NCBI GenBank assembly: GCA_023213395.1
Contig: CM041465.1
Coordinates: forward strand, 192,455,741-192,519,740
DNA length: 64,000 bases
Direction of reading: 5' to 3'
Source: Cycas panzhihuaensis
Lineage: Eukaryota > Plantae > Cycadophyta
Shown: piece by piece, positions 26,990-41,476 of the stretch
Layout: each line of letters starts with the position of its first letter
How positions within the stretch are numbered: position 1 is the stretch's first letter
Notes under the pieces: model-generated
What the model was told of the DNA's origin: nothing
The model's database searches: none
What the model saw: only the letters and a program-made list of their open reading frames with translations
Position numbers and translations under genes: made by a program

Positions 26990-29030
26990 CTCCCAAGATA
27001 GCATTCCCTTATTATCATGATCAGAGTACATTCAACTATCTAAAATTTGATGGGACTATAGATGCAATAGAGCATTTGTACCTATTTTAAATTATGATTG
27101 AAGCAAGAAACATTACTAATGAGAAGGATATCAAAGGAAGATTTGTTTGCATAATTAGGGGAGTGTCGTCGGTGTGGTATAAAGAACTAGATGCGACCAC
27201 AAAAACATGAGAGGAAATTTTTTATGCCTTCTAGGGGAGATTCTAGAAATTAAGGAGTAATGAGTCCATTTAGCAGGCATTAGAAAATCTCAAGCAATGG
27301 CCAAGAGAATCAGTACCTGACTATTCAAGCCGTATGTCTATTATAGCAGTTGATATTGCTAGTGGAGAGAAGCTACCTTATTTGAAAACTACTTCATGAA
27401 TGGCCTACAACCCCAATTAAGGACTGCATTGAAACAATAGCCTAATCAATCATTCGCACAAGCAAAAGAAGTGGCTATTAGGTTTGAAAAGGAGCTAGAC
27501 TTGGAGGAATTGAGCACACAAGACAATGTGTTTAGATGTTACATGAAGAATTTAGGAATTAAGAGCAAAAAGGCATGTAAAACCATGATGAAAGAAGAAA
27601 TATCAGAAATTGAAGGAAAAAATTGCCAAGTTAAAGCTAGGAAAAGAGAAGAAAGAACCTATGGAAGCAAAACCAAGTAGTAATAGAATAACAACTCAAT
27701 ACCTTAACCCAAGTTGGTGTCATATTTGTGAGGAAGACATAGACAATACTAAGGAATGTTGCCTCAATCCTAAGAATAAGGCAACAAAGGATTTAAATAG
27801 GGCAATATTTGTGACACAAATACTCATACCACAAAAGAATGTTTCTATAACCAAAAAATACGTAGAAAGAACAAAAGTGGTGTCACATATGCGACACAGA
27901 TACTCATACAACTAAAGATTGCTATAACAATCATAGAGGGAGAAATGCCTATGGTAGAGGTCAAGGGAGAGGAGGTGACTCCTAGCCTATGTACAATATA
28001 AAGACAACCACAAAGAGAGGAGAAAAGTCAAAGAAGAAAGGACCTGCGAGTGGATGCTTGTTTTGCTTGGAATTTGGACACTGGAGGTTGGAATGTCCAT
28101 ATGAGAAATCTGGAGCTAATGGGGCACACAGATGCCCTAGATGTGGACCATGTAGTCATGAGCCTACTAATTGTCCATTTAACACGAAGGGTGACAACTT
28201 AACAACAATGATACCTGATACACCCAAATCTCTAAATATGCAAACCAAGAGTGGGTTGCAAACTAAATAGAAAAAAGTTTAGTTAGACTACCCAAATCTG
28301 AGGGTAGAAATAGATTGCTTTGCAAAAGCAAAGAAAGCATTAGAACAAGCTGCAAAGAAAGCAAAAGCAAGCAGACAACAACTACCTTAATTAGAAATTA
28401 GAAATGTATATCAAAGAAGAGGGAAACAAAAGGAGAAAGAAGTGACATCAACTTCACAACCCCCTATGATTGAGAGTGACCAATTGTTTCAAAATATACC
28501 TATGGAAGACATCCCCAAGATGCTAGTATTAATGGATAATTTCGCCAAGCAATTGCAATTAGCAATTCCACTAATTCAAGTAAAACTGTGGATCAAGTCG
28601 GGATTGTTGGAAGTGAAGAGCTCTAAAGGGATGTCTAGAACATTAATAAAGTATTACCCTCATTTGAAGAAGATCTAAGGTAACAATGGTGCTCTTAGCA
28701 GAAACCTTTGAAAATGTGATTATTGATGATGGATCAGTCGTGAACTTGTTATCGTTAAAAACAATGGAAACACTTGGGAAGCCCAAGCATGCAACTAGCA
28801 TCATACTCACTCAAATTGGCCACCGAACTCCAAATGCGACCACTTGGAAAAGTGATGGATGTTAAAATAAATGTGGCAGGAGTTGTGGTGCTAATGGAAT
28901 TCACTATGTTGAAAATAGCTAAAGGAATGGTGTCATACCTTGCCATGCTTGAAAGACCCTATCTATGAAATGGAATGCCTCCAAAACTAGAAGAATAAAG
29001 AATTCACATTATGCCAAGATGAGAAGGCCA
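26990..29030 (+). pseudogene. Ty3/Gypsy gag, zinc knuckles and aspartic protease
   Basis: KFDGTIDAIEHL, YFMNGL, CLFCLEFGHWRLEC, CPRCGPCSHEPTNC, VIIDDGSVVNLLS, YLAMLERPYL; interrupted by stops. Confidence 0.85.
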
Positions 29031-29319
29031 CTCTACCCATGTTGGGTAAAGTTAATAATACAATTGAAGTAATTCCTAATGAAGCCTCCAACACAACAAT
29101 GTCTAGTCAAAGCACCACCTCATCAATTAACGAGACAAACATATATCGAACAATGGAAGAGTCAATGACATTGAACAACCCATGTGAGGAAGTACCAAGT
29201 GGCTTTGGCGAACTCCACCCCGAATTGGATTCCAACAAAGGTGAAACTTGTAATTTGCTACAAACTTGGTTGCAAGGAGCATATGAGGTAGCCTGCCCCT
29301 CGTTTTGTTGCTCGTTATT

Positions 29320-30920
29320 CTCTAAAACCTATGATTCTAATAATATAATTAATAACAACGATCTTGATTATGTGAGTGTTGCTAGTAGTGATGATAATAG
29401 TGTTACTTTAGATAGTATAATTGGTAGTGTGGATAGTGATTCTTTAAATAGGAACTTAAAGAAAAGTAGAAGAAACAAATGCAAATCTATAAAGGATGCA
29501 CAAAATAATGATTTAATTGAAAATTTAAGAATAATTATGATCCTATCTCCAACCTAAACCCTAATTCAATTCATGAATCCCCCTGTAAGGATAGACCCCC
29601 TACAAGGATAAAAACCATAGTAACTCTACCCACCCTCCATTTTCTCTTGCACCAAGTACAAGGGAAAGCCCCATCTCAATCGAATTACCCCTCCCTTTCC
29701 CTAGGTTTCCTACCCTAGTTCCCTTAAACCTCCCTCTAAGCATTCTCATCGTAGTGATTCCTGACCCCCCTCTAGGGCTAGCAACCCTAATTCCCCTTCC
29801 CCTTCCTCTAAGGCAATCAACCCTAATGCCCCCTATCCTCTCCTAGGGTTATTTCCAATGAAGGCTTCAACCCTAGGACTACACCCTTTGGTTGTAGGAT
29901 CAACCTACCTAACAATGATGCAAATCTTGGTTATGTTACCATTAGGGACATTATGTCTTCGTTCCTCCAAACAAACGACAATGCAACTCATCATCTCATC
30001 CTATGCAAGGAGTATTGGATGGAGTACTAAGTGTTGGACTGAATTCATTGGGAAATTGATTTCATGGCAACTCTTTAGGGACCAACTTGGCGGTGGTATA
30101 TAGCCCACCAACACACACTTTAGAATTGGTTAGAAATGTAACATGCATTTTAGTTATATTTCAATAATCAAAGCTTAGGAGAAATCCCTACATTCTCTAT
30201 GGGCGATTGTCCATAAAGATATCTTAAGTGATGTAGAACTTTTTATAAATCCCAGAGTATACCTAAACGAGATTGGACTCATTTATTCTACCATACACTA
30301 GGGAAAATAGGACAAAATTGGTTACTAGGAAAAGAGCGTATAAGAGAAGTTTTGTGGGATGAGTTCAAAAATGCCTTCCTAAAAACATTCTCCTATGAAT
30401 CCAATGACATGCCGATTAGCAAAATCCTAGCCTATATAAAAATGTTAAGTATGGAAGTAGAGAACTGTAGTCATAGGGTACTATCAGTACCAGTGGAACA
30501 AAAAGAGATGGTAGAGACACATAGTGAGGAAAAGGAGGAAAAAGTTCATAATTTTCCTCTGGAATATTCAAAGATAAACTACAAAGATTGTAGCATTGAG
30601 TAAACACCTAATCACAAAATTAACGAAGAAAAGCAGGTGTATCACACAGATAAAACCAAAAAATTAAACACAAAGACAAAATTAATGAAGAAAACCCAAA
30701 GAACACAATCACTAGTGATTACTAGGATAAAAGAACATAATCATTGGTGATTATTGGGATGCAAGCCTAAGCACTTTGAGGAATTTAGGGACGTATTGGC
30801 TTGGTCTTATAAAGATTTAAAAGGCATTCCACCAAAGATCGAAATGTATCACACAGATTTAATTGAGGGAGCAAAACTAGTTAAATAAAGACCCTATAGA
30901 ATGAATCCAAAGTACAATTG
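29320..30920 (+). pseudogene. Second Gypsy gag-like fragment followed by the RT N-terminus (Tat/Ogre/Athila-like)
   Basis: LWDEFKNAFLKTF near 30352; EEFRDVLAWSYKDLKGIPP and RPYRMNPKY at 30778-30915. The rest of pol is deleted. Confidence 0.7.
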
Positions 30921-31099
30921 GGGCACATGGAAAATTGGATGCAAACTATTCAGAAAAATTGCCAAAAAGCGTGGCATGATTGCCACCTCTCATCACCCTA
31001 AAGGAGAACATTCAAACAAACACTCATAATGCATTCCATTATCATTTTGCATTGGTAAGCAAATCTCCAAGTAGATTTTTGGTGAATTCTTGAAGATTG

Positions 31100-31800
31100 A
31101 GCTAAAATTGATGGAAACCTACCTACCACAATTGGAAAATGAATATTCCAAAATGAATGATGAATTTAAAGCTAACATAATTAATATAGATTGGAGGAGA
31201 TGTGTTGTTATCACCTCTACATTGGTATAATGAGTTAATGAAGAACATAGTGCAATTAAATTCCTGCCATTTAGATAGGATTGAGGTGTTTGTTGATTTA
31301 AAAGGGCATATCACCAGATTACCCCATGTAGGAAGGCTTCCAACTAGCAAGAAACAAATAGAAGTGGATAGAGAATTATTCGTCTATCCATTGTGCAAAC
31401 CAGATTCCAGGACATATAAAGGAGGTTTAAAGATTGATGACTTGATGGATCCCAAGTTGTAATGACTAGCCAAAGTCTATGTCACTCGATTCTTGGGAAA
31501 GGCAAAGTTTACATATTGTCTTGCTAGAATATTGACTACTCTTCAGGAGGTATAGGAGGGAAGCCAACTGAATTGGAGCAAATTCATGGGACAATCACTT
31601 CAAAAACAATTAGAAGAAATAAGAGGCCCAAAAGAAACCTTTAAACATCCTTCATTACTATTAGGGTTGCTCTTTGCTCAAATTCCTATAGTATAGTAGA
31701 CCTAGGCAAACATTGAGGAGGGATGGACCCTACAACAACAATGGGTGAATGCATTTCCCATGGACCTTTGTTTAGAAGAAATTCATTGATCAGTTAAGGC
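31100..31800 (+). pseudogene. Decayed additional ORF downstream of Gypsy pol
   Basis: One frame with few stops: ITRLPHVG...GGLKIDDL...GSQLNWSKFMGQSLQKQL...FKHPSLLLGLLF. Resembles extra ORFs of plant LTR elements; not gag or pol. Confidence 0.5.
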
Positions 31801-32169
31801 AATGACGAGGGGCATTATCCTATGGTTTCAAAGTGTTGCAGATCCTACTCATCCTCATTGTCCTAAGAGAAAAGCTAGGAATCTATCTTCTTCAGTCTAA
31901 CTCCAACTCAGTTTATGTAAAATGCTTAGAACATGGTGAATACATACACAATATTGGCTGCATACTTCTTATTCATTAGAAGAGGGAACTACATCTGGTC
32001 TTCTCATAAACAAATGTAACCCCTAAATAGTACATGATATACAATTGGAGCCAAGAAAATATCGTCGACAGACTAGCTGGTTACAAACAAACATAGGAAG
32101 ATCTTATGTACACTATTACTGCGCTAACCTATTACAATAATGCAAATGCATTTTCTAACTCAGTTGTTT

Positions 32170-33603
32170 CTTAAAATCTTTTCTATTGATTCTCTTGATG
32201 CAAAAGATGTCCACACAAAATTTCAAATTTTAATTTTTTAAGATCACCCGAGAATGTCAAAGTAGTCATAAAGTGCTCATAAGATCTGGGTAATTTATTT
32301 AGAGTTTGTTAAACCAACTCTTCTTTAGGTATTACTTCACTCGCAACTACAATTCTCTCTCTTAGATCCTTGATCTTGGTGATGAACAAACTTTTCTTTC
32401 CTCCATTCTTCCACGATACAACTCACCTTTTTAAGCCAAAATTCTAGTAGCATTTTTTTGAGCATATAAGGAAGCCAAGGTTTCCCAGGCTTCATCAGCA
32501 ATACTTGTTATATGGGGAAGAATATGATCAAAAATTAAGAAGATGATTGTATCGAGGGCATACTTGTCTCTCTCTTCAAAAATTTCGACCTTTGTAGCAT
32601 CAAAGGGCTTTTTGATAGTTTTTCTGTATTCTCCAGGCTCCTTTGCAAATAGAATACCCTTCATTTTTCCTTTCCAAAGGCTATAATAGTCATGTATTAA
32701 TTTATCTTGCTCCAACAAAGAATATACATATGCCATGGAGAAATGTGCAAAAAATAATTCAGAGAAGAGAACATCGAGACTGATCCATATGGACTGTATG
32801 GAGTAGGGTTTTCAACAAAAATTTAGAAGTCTCATAATTAAAGTTTGGATAGGTACCTTCCCATGTCTGAAGTGATTTTTTACATTAGAGATCAAGAAAA
32901 CAAGAAATCAAGCTTAGAAAGTAGGGTGGCAATTAGGGTTTTTCCCTCTCTTTGCTCATTTCTTTATGTTCAAAGGCTGAATCAACACAAACCTTGGATT
33001 TTCAAAATGTTCTCTTCGAGACAGTTTGATACTAGATTTGCCTCCACAAACTACTCTACTTTTTTAAAACTGTGATTAAAAAAATGGTGGCCAAAAAACC
33101 TTTTTTGCGATTTTGGGGCTTGAAAAAATGTCAAAAAAATAGATTCGAGCATAGCAAACCTATGTGATCGTGAATATATTAAAAAAAAATTACTTATAGG
33201 AAAATTCCATACCAAGTTGTACCATATGGATCTATACGACCTTAAGAGGTCTCTACAAAGCTTCATTCCTTGAAATCTAATCCATATGATCTTGGAGTCT
33301 CCTACGCTAGTTTCTCCAAGTCTTCAACAAATCATGAGGCCTCCGTCAAGTGATCCCTTCAAGAAGATGCCCCAAATTGAGTGCTATTTTCATACCATGA
33401 AAGAATGCATAACATGAAAAGAGAAATGATCTTTATTTCTTGATCATACAAGAGTGATATAGTACAAATATATAAAAGAGAATACAACATAAGCATGGGT
33501 GGCAAGTGTCAAACATGTAGAACCCATATACCTATTTTCTAATTTCTAACATTCTAAGTTCTAACAATAATATTACAGTTAGGAGTAAGCATTATTTCTA
33601 ACA
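32170..33603 (-). mobile_element. Truncated Copia (LTR 33398-33603, leader, gag)
   Basis: Gag ORF 32431-32736 (YSLWKGKMKGIL, EAWETLASLYAQKN) continues with stops to about 32240. Degenerate PBS complement ending CATACCA abuts a TG...CA segment. Confidence 0.7.
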
Positions 33604-36600
33604 AAATCACCTCCACTAATACCTACGACTATAACATTTTTATTGTGATCCCTAATAACACATTTACCATTTTCAAACGAAACCTTCATACTCTAATACT
33701 CAACCCTTAATACAAAGATGAGATTTTCTTTCAAACCAGGTGCGTAAAGGACATTATTAAAATAGCATTTTTCACCACTAGCTAGATAAATAGAAACTTC
33801 ACTGATCCCTTTACTTTTAGTTTAGTTTCATCTCCAATAGTGTCAATATGTCCTTTCACCTTGCACATTGATTAAAACCATTCCAATCTACCAAATATGC
33901 CTAATTGGAACTAAATCAATCTACTAGTCACATGTGCATATTATCTTATAGACTATGATAGTCTCTTCCCCTTCATGTCTCTTCTAAATATATGAGAGAT
34001 GTAACCCATCTAACCTATCTGCCTTTGCTATCACTACTGATATTGTTGCTACTATTGTTGTGGCTAATGTTGTTGCTCCCGCTACTACTAAAACTCCTAA
34101 CAATCCTTCCTTAAATGCCTCAACTTCCCATAGTGCCAACATTTTGGCCTACTTTGTCCCCTACAACTCCTAGACACCTCCTTTTGAACATTGTGTTTAG
34201 AGGATGTATTACTCCTCCTAGGGACATGGTTTTTACCCTTTGCTCTAGCAATTAATGTTCCAAATGACTCCTCACTGATTTCTTTCAGCCTCTACTCATT
34301 TCAAAGTAGTAGACTCTAATGCACTAAATGATAAACTAGGCACCTTGGCTGTTAAAGTCAAAGTGGTGATGAAATTCTTGTATGATGTTGGCAAACTTCT
34401 CAAACAAAAGTGATGAGCTTTGTATCTACTATGATTTATCCTATGGTACTTAACTAACCCTTGATTGTCTTAACCTACTGCATTGTTCCACTGAATTTAA
34501 GACTATACAGTTGATTCTTCAGCATAAGCACCCTAACATCATCCTTGTGTTCATACAAGGACGTAGTTGCATCCCAAACTTCCATAAGGGTCTTAGCATC
34601 CCTCACATTTACAATCACGCTTTTGCTAATTAACAATTTTAAAAACCCAAAGGTTATTCTCATCTTGGCCTCAAACTCAACCTTCAAATCAAGATTGGCA
34701 TTCAATTGTCTAAAATTTGGTCTAATCAACAAGATCTTTCAAACCTCCTACATATGCTTGGTCAACATTAATCCAAAGATCATCCAAGAACAAGAAATTT
34801 GTCATCTAACATTTCCATGTCATTTTTTTTTTTTTGTTGCAAAAGGTTGATTCAATTGATTGAAAAAATTACACGCTATGCATACAAAAAAAGTTGGGGA
34901 GAGAACGTTATCCCCACCATCCTCCTAGATGACAAAACCATACCTCAGAATCCAAAAAACCTAAAATCAGCTACAACACAATATCAGCCACAGGCATGAG
35001 GCATACCCCAAACGCTACCAAGCTAAACGAAAGAAAATCAAATAATATGTCGTAGGTATGGGGCATTCCCCAAAGGCTACCAAGCTTCCATAGGCACAAG
35101 GACAATAGAAAAAATAAAGGTCCGTCTAAAGTTCCATTGTTCACATTGACAGTACACCAAAAGGCAACGAGAATTAACCACGATGAATGTATAGGGAGTT
35201 GTTGGGTTGCCATGGACCAAACCCTTGACTTTCAAATGAGCTCAACACCAAACTCATTATCAATAGGGCTGAAAAAATAGCCATGCAAAGAGCCGACACC
35301 AAATTCAACATTGATGGTGAGTAAACAAATGAAAACTCAATTGAAAAGACACAAGGAAGAGACTCTGAGATCACAAGTTGGCTTGCACCTTATTATCTCT
35401 TTTCGTGTTCATGTAGAGGAAGATACATAATAGAGCTTTGCTTTACCAAATTGATCTCCATAGGTCTTATCAGCTTCTCATTAAGGGACCACATGCACCG
35501 TATTAGCTTCAACTTCGACCAATACCCATTGGCTCAAAACCTTCACCTCGTACTCTGAAGCTGCAGGCTTGGGGTATTCTCACCTTTCACATACCTATGA
35601 CTAGTGCATAAGAAGAATGAGTGACCTCTTAATATTTGTGTGGAATTGAATTGTGATGCCACATGGTGACCTGCCTCTTACATCCCATCCCACATATGCT
35701 AAGAGAAGCTACTCATTCTTGTTGCTCGCCACTAGTTCCTAAATACTTAGAGAGGTACTTTGCATAGCCAAACTAATCTCCTTAAAGACAATTAACCCTA
35801 GTAGCTTGATGCAACTCCCTAATGAGACATAAAGGTGGCTCCCAATTTGGAATAGAGCATGTTGAAGTAATGCCAAACTCTTTGTCTCTCCACTCATTCC
35901 CATGGCTGCCATACATCCTCCTAGCCAAGAAACTCGAAAGAGTCAACTTTGTATTTACCCTAAGAATTTCCTCCCATGGACCTTATAATGGGTAGCAAGA
36001 AATCCTAGCAAGAGATGTGAAAGAAGTCCACTCCTAGGCGATTCTCCATTCCCACCACAAGACCCACAACACTTGTAGGCAATCCCTTAGTTTCCACGGC
36101 ATGTCCACAACAATATAACAATCCCTCTCCATCCAGTTCTTTCCAAGTAGAATAATTATCATAATAAGTATTTCTTTGACAAATCCCAAAACACTCCTTT
36201 TTCTCACCATTTTTAAAATAAATAGAGCATAAACACTAGGAAAAACAATCCACAAAAACACACATCCAAAGGTTTAAAACAATCCCACAAACACCATAAA
36301 ATAAAATTTTATTGATTTTTATGGACAAGTTCCTCACTCACTATGTAGAGTATTGAAAATTAGTAGAAAAAATCCTCAAACTAAATGAAAGTAATCATAA
36401 TTAACAACATAAAATATTCAAAAAGGATTTTTACATCATGAGTGGCAAAATTTGGTCCATGCAACCATCATGAATGAAAAAAGGACAAACAATTGAGTGA
36501 GCTGGTGTTTTCAGAATCTATTTTTGATAATTGATAGGTTCTAAAATGAGATTAGCCCTTTTACAACTTATATGACTAGAGGCTAAAATGATCTAAGAAG

Positions 36601-37730
36601 CTAGAAGATTTAAAAAATTATACAATTTAATTTTATATCAAATAGACTTTAAAAAAATATTAATCTAAAGCTATTTTTTAAAAATTTACCCATTTTTCGA
36701 TTTCAATGAATAAATTATGTTGATTCAAGCTTTTCATCAATTTGACCAAATTGCTTCATAAGACCTTGTTAGCTTTACTTCTAAGGATGTCTATTCCACA
36801 AAGCGGGCAATCTTACTGCATTTGAGTGGGTATCTCTACATCAAATGGCATGGCATCTCTAGAATTCAAATTTCCTCTATGAATTTTTTATGGTGTTTTG
36901 AGTCGCTTCAAGATGGTCACGGGATTTCACACAAATTCCATCCATAGTGTCTATTTAAAAATTGAGTTCTCTGATGGTGATTTGATTGAAGCAAGGGCAT
37001 CATTTATTAACATTCAAAGCATTCATTTAACATCTCCACGAGGGATTTTTCTACTCAGAACCACAACGAATTAAGTCTGATTTACAAGTTTCAAGAAACC
37101 CTAGTGTTTGCTTCAAATTTCGGCACATATATTAAAAAAAAAAGAAATTTCTATTAGCATTTTCTCAACAACATCGCTCAAATTGCCACAACTCGAGGCA
37201 TCCTTTACATGAGAACAATAGTATATACATGAGAATATATTAGGTCAAAAAAGAAGTTAAATTTATTTTTCAATTTTGACACCTACTCCCCTAAATTGGT
37301 GTGGGTATCTCTCTATCCAACTATAGGCTCATGTGTCCTTCACAATTTTCTAGAATCTCCTACAAGCAAAGGTTTCAAAACCCAATTCTTCAACTTACTA
37401 ATACTCTCTACTTACCATAGCGTTGATACCATGTTGTAAGCGGAGTACAAAATCAATGATAAAAAATGGAAAAGACTGTATAATAGAGAAAATTAATTTC
37501 TCAAAATGCTACTCAATTCACTTGAACTTTATTCAATGATATATAAAATGCTAATACATGTTTATATACAAATCTACAAATGTAATGGCCAACCTTGAAG
37601 CTACCACTAGTCAATTACATGAGTTGTCCCTGACTCATCCCTCTATAATAAACTATAACATTAAATACAAAGGGCCTCATAGCATTAAGTTATGAGTTGT
37701 TTAATGTAAACATTACAAAATATTCTAACA
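33604..37730 (-). mobile_element. Truncated Copia J (5' LTR 37432-37730, leader, gag, protease), interrupted by a LINE fragment
   Basis: PBS complement GCGTTGATACCA at 37420-37431. Gag 34250-34790 (LKNQLYSLKF). Protease region 33660-33930 (NVLYAPGLKENLISV). Confidence 0.7.
34823..36060 (-). mobile_element. 5'-truncated LINE 3' fragment with poly(A) tail
   Basis: T13 at 34823-34835 followed by a Trp-rich decayed frame like the C-terminus of L1 ORF2. No clear TSD; right boundary approximate. Confidence 0.5.
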
Positions 37731-39026
37731 TTTGGGGTATAAATAGGGCACAAGCTTAAGGTGAGAACCAAGGCAGAGGATCATACGCAATGTTATGATC
37801 CCAATCAAAGATAACATATCTTATGTACTATTTCAATCATCATTAATGGAATTACAAATTATATGGATCTTGTGTGTATGAATATTTGTGCATGAAATAG
37901 CATGTTATGCTACTATCTGAAAATAATTACCATTATTAGTATCAAATACTAATGTGCAATAACAAGGTCACCACACCACCAATCGTTGTGGAGATCCAAG
38001 CCATGGACAGTTGACACTAAGATGTGACCAGAAGATAAATGGGCAACCCTGTGACAACTAGTGTGATGCCTTCCATTCGACCAAATGGAAGGTTAGCTTG
38101 GTGAGAAACCTTTCTAATAATTTTCACTTTTTATGTTTAGATCCTCACATACCTTTGAACAAGTGCTAGCAAGGGGACCATGGTATCTAGACGCAATGCG
38201 ATTATATTCAACAAGAGGGAGATTGACTTCTCACTAGATAATGTAGTTGCACTTAAATGTCTATTACGGATGGGGTTCCTCAAACTCCCCATGCACTTGT
38301 GGACCTTCATGAAGGATCTCATGTAGCCTCTAAGTAGCTTAGTTTCACCAAAGCCCTTTAGAGTGTTCTATCCTTGGCCTCATATCCAAGTATGTGCTAG
38401 GGTAGACCTTTCTAAGGAGCTAGCTAATCATATAGTTATTAAATGTGGTAGCTAAGCTGGTAACCAGAAGGTTGCCTTCCTAAACATCTTGAATACTTGC
38501 TTTATATGTCATTCCAAGGATCACCATATTCAAGATTGTCCACTTGTCTTGGCCAAATTTGAGCTAATTGCAACAATTGAACCCAAAAATTTAGAGCTCC
38601 TTCTTAAGCATGAGAATGGCCACAATGAAAAAACCTCCTAATAAGCCCAACAAGCACAAGTCTTAGCAAAGGCCAAACAAATAATTGACTAAGCCCTCTA
38701 ATAAGTCCCCTATAAGGCTTGCTCAAGACTTGAAAGTCAATAGCAAATTACTAGAAAAGCCACAAGAGTCAACACCCAAGTGCCAAAACCATCTATCTAT
38801 AGTGCTAAAGCTATTGAAAATTAACAAAACAAATTTGATATCATGTTGAAAATGGCACTATTGGACATATGAATACACAATGAAACACATATGCATGAGG
38901 TAATAAAAGATGTAAACAATAAATAAAAAAATCAAAGGAAGAATATATAAACACATTAGACAATAAAGCTTGTGGGAAATGATCATCTCCAATTATTACA
39001 TTAGGTATGAATATATACTTATAATA

Positions 39027-39620
39027 CATAGTCACTTCATGGTTGTCCAATCACATGTGAGAACGATTATAACTGCCACTAAGGTGAAACATCGACACGT
39101 GTGCACATGCACACACTTTAATGACACTAATTTAATATCACATGAGAGAGTTAAGAAAACACCTTAACATTAACACTAACCCAACATTAAACATTACTTT
39201 CAACACCCTCGCATAATGTTTAATCATATTAACACATAAGGGTTAACACTCTTTCATCAATATAAGAATATCACGTCAACACACTAGGGATAATACCCTT
39301 TCACCAAGGCAGGAACCATATAATCATAGTCACTTCATGGTTGTTCCATCACATGTGAGAATGATTATAACCACTACTAAGGTAAAACATGGACACGTGT
39401 GCACATGCACACACTTCAATGACACTAATTTAATATCACATGAGAGAGTTAAGAAAACACCTTAACATTAACACTAACCCAACATTAAACATTGCTTTTA
39501 ACACCCCCGCATAATGTTTAATCATACCAACACGCAAGGGTTAACGCTCTTTCATCAATATAAGAACATCACGTCAACACACTAGGGATAACACCCTTTC
39601 ACTAAGGCAGGAACCATATA
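39027..39620. repeat. Tandem duplication, 2 x about 298 bp, covering U3, PPT and 3' UTR of F
   Basis: Units start at 39027 and 39325 (CATAGTCACTTCATGG...GGCAGGAACCATATA). Confidence 0.95.
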
Positions 39621-40364
39621 TCTTCTCCAAATAAGACAATCACCATCTATCGCCTTCAGCTATACCGAAATCTCCACTTTGTATTGATGTCCATATAAAA
39701 CAAGCTCTATCTACCAAACTACATGGGTAACTAGTCACAACAACTTCCAATTCTATAGGAACCTCCTTTGAGTACATGGTTCTTCCAGCATATGTCAACA
39801 CCATCCTAGAAAAAGCTGAACTACCTTGCTGGGAAAATGAGTTAAGTGTAAGAGTAACAAGTGGGTCCCAACCTCTTGCTAAATGGGATTTAACAGTAAG
39901 TTTGCTTCCCTTTCCAACAACAATGCACTCCAGTATACTCTCAACAACATATAACCACCCAATGCAGGGCTTACAAGGACTAATAATCACCACACACACG
40001 ATGTGACCCAATAAATTCATCAAATAACTCTCTCAAAATACATTTTCCATTTTAACTCAACGGTTCTCTATAATGCAAGTTTGAAACCATGTCTTATTTC
40101 TAATCATTACAATCATCTTTGAATCCTCTTTCCAATGCAACCAACAACACCCAATTCCGATCTCATATGATAAATATGCAATAACCAGTAATAATACCTC
40201 ATTTAAAATTAACACCTCATTAAAAAAATCACTTAAACACCTTTTTGTATCCAATCCTTTGTCACATTTCTATCCCATATGATTGTTTGACTCAAAAGAG
40301 GGACTAGGGAGAACTTGAAACATACATTTAATTTAATTTAAACTTTGTAAAATAAAATCTTTAT

Positions 40365-40367
<3 letters not shown>

Positions 40368-40461
<94 letters not shown>

Positions 40462-40466
40462 TATAT
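40368..40466. repeat. Compound microsatellite (TA)n(TGTA)n
   Basis: About 33 TA units followed by about 7 TGTA units. Confidence 0.97.
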
Positions 40467-41476
40467 TTGCACTAAGTTTTGCAAGCCTCCTATTCAAATC
40501 CACTTGACTAGTCATGTGCGTATGTGGTGGCCTATGACAAGCCAACAAAGACCTCTAGGCCATTGTAACCCATTTTCAAAAGTAGGAGCAAGTGCCGATT
40601 CAGTGACCAAAGCTTGGGAGAATAAGTTTCTAGCCACTTGGCATACATTCACTTCGTCATTTCATCATTATTCACCAACTTTCGGTCCTGTGTCAACCAA
40701 TCGATGTATTCTTTTGCTACCATTCATGCGAGAGCTTCACAGATTTTTCAATAGGTGGATCCCAACATGCGCACCTACAAACAAAGGCTAATGCCAGTTC
40801 CAGGTCTAATAAGAGAAGAAAATAAGCAAATGCGAGGGGTTCTCGATCTCACAATCTTTTGAAATACTGATTGTTGTCAACATGATTCAATCTCGTGATA
40901 TTATGGACACCTTTTTGGGAAAGAATAGATCCGTGCTTCTTCATGAAGATATTGGTGGGGGGCTTGGCATTGAAAATCCCAATATCCCTCCAGTTTTCCT
41001 TATTTTTATGAATTCAAGTTCCACAATTTTCCAGTGCAGATGACCGTGGTTCCCCTGATTTCTATTAATTTGTCAGGCCCTGATGTTCAAAATATGGTGA
41101 CAACCTCCACAGAATTGGGAAACTCCTTGATGTTATGTTTCCCATGATACAACCAGTGTAGTATGACTTTGTCAATTGACTAAATTTTAGCTACAATTTT
41201 AAGCATGTTAGATAAAGCCCCAACACGACAATGGAATTGAACGATTCCAATTCATCCCACGCAAACAAAGGACCACACTCAGCAATCTTTGGCATAACTT
41301 TGCTCCCATATGTTCTACTCTTTTATTTTTGTCCATATTTGGCCAAAGTCCTATTTCTCTTTTAACTTGATGGAATACTGGCTCTAATGGCTCCTTATCT
41401 TGCTCTCATGAGCTGATAAGTCCTATTTGGGCAACCTCTTTTGTGGATGTACTTCATAACCTTGCATGCTATATAT

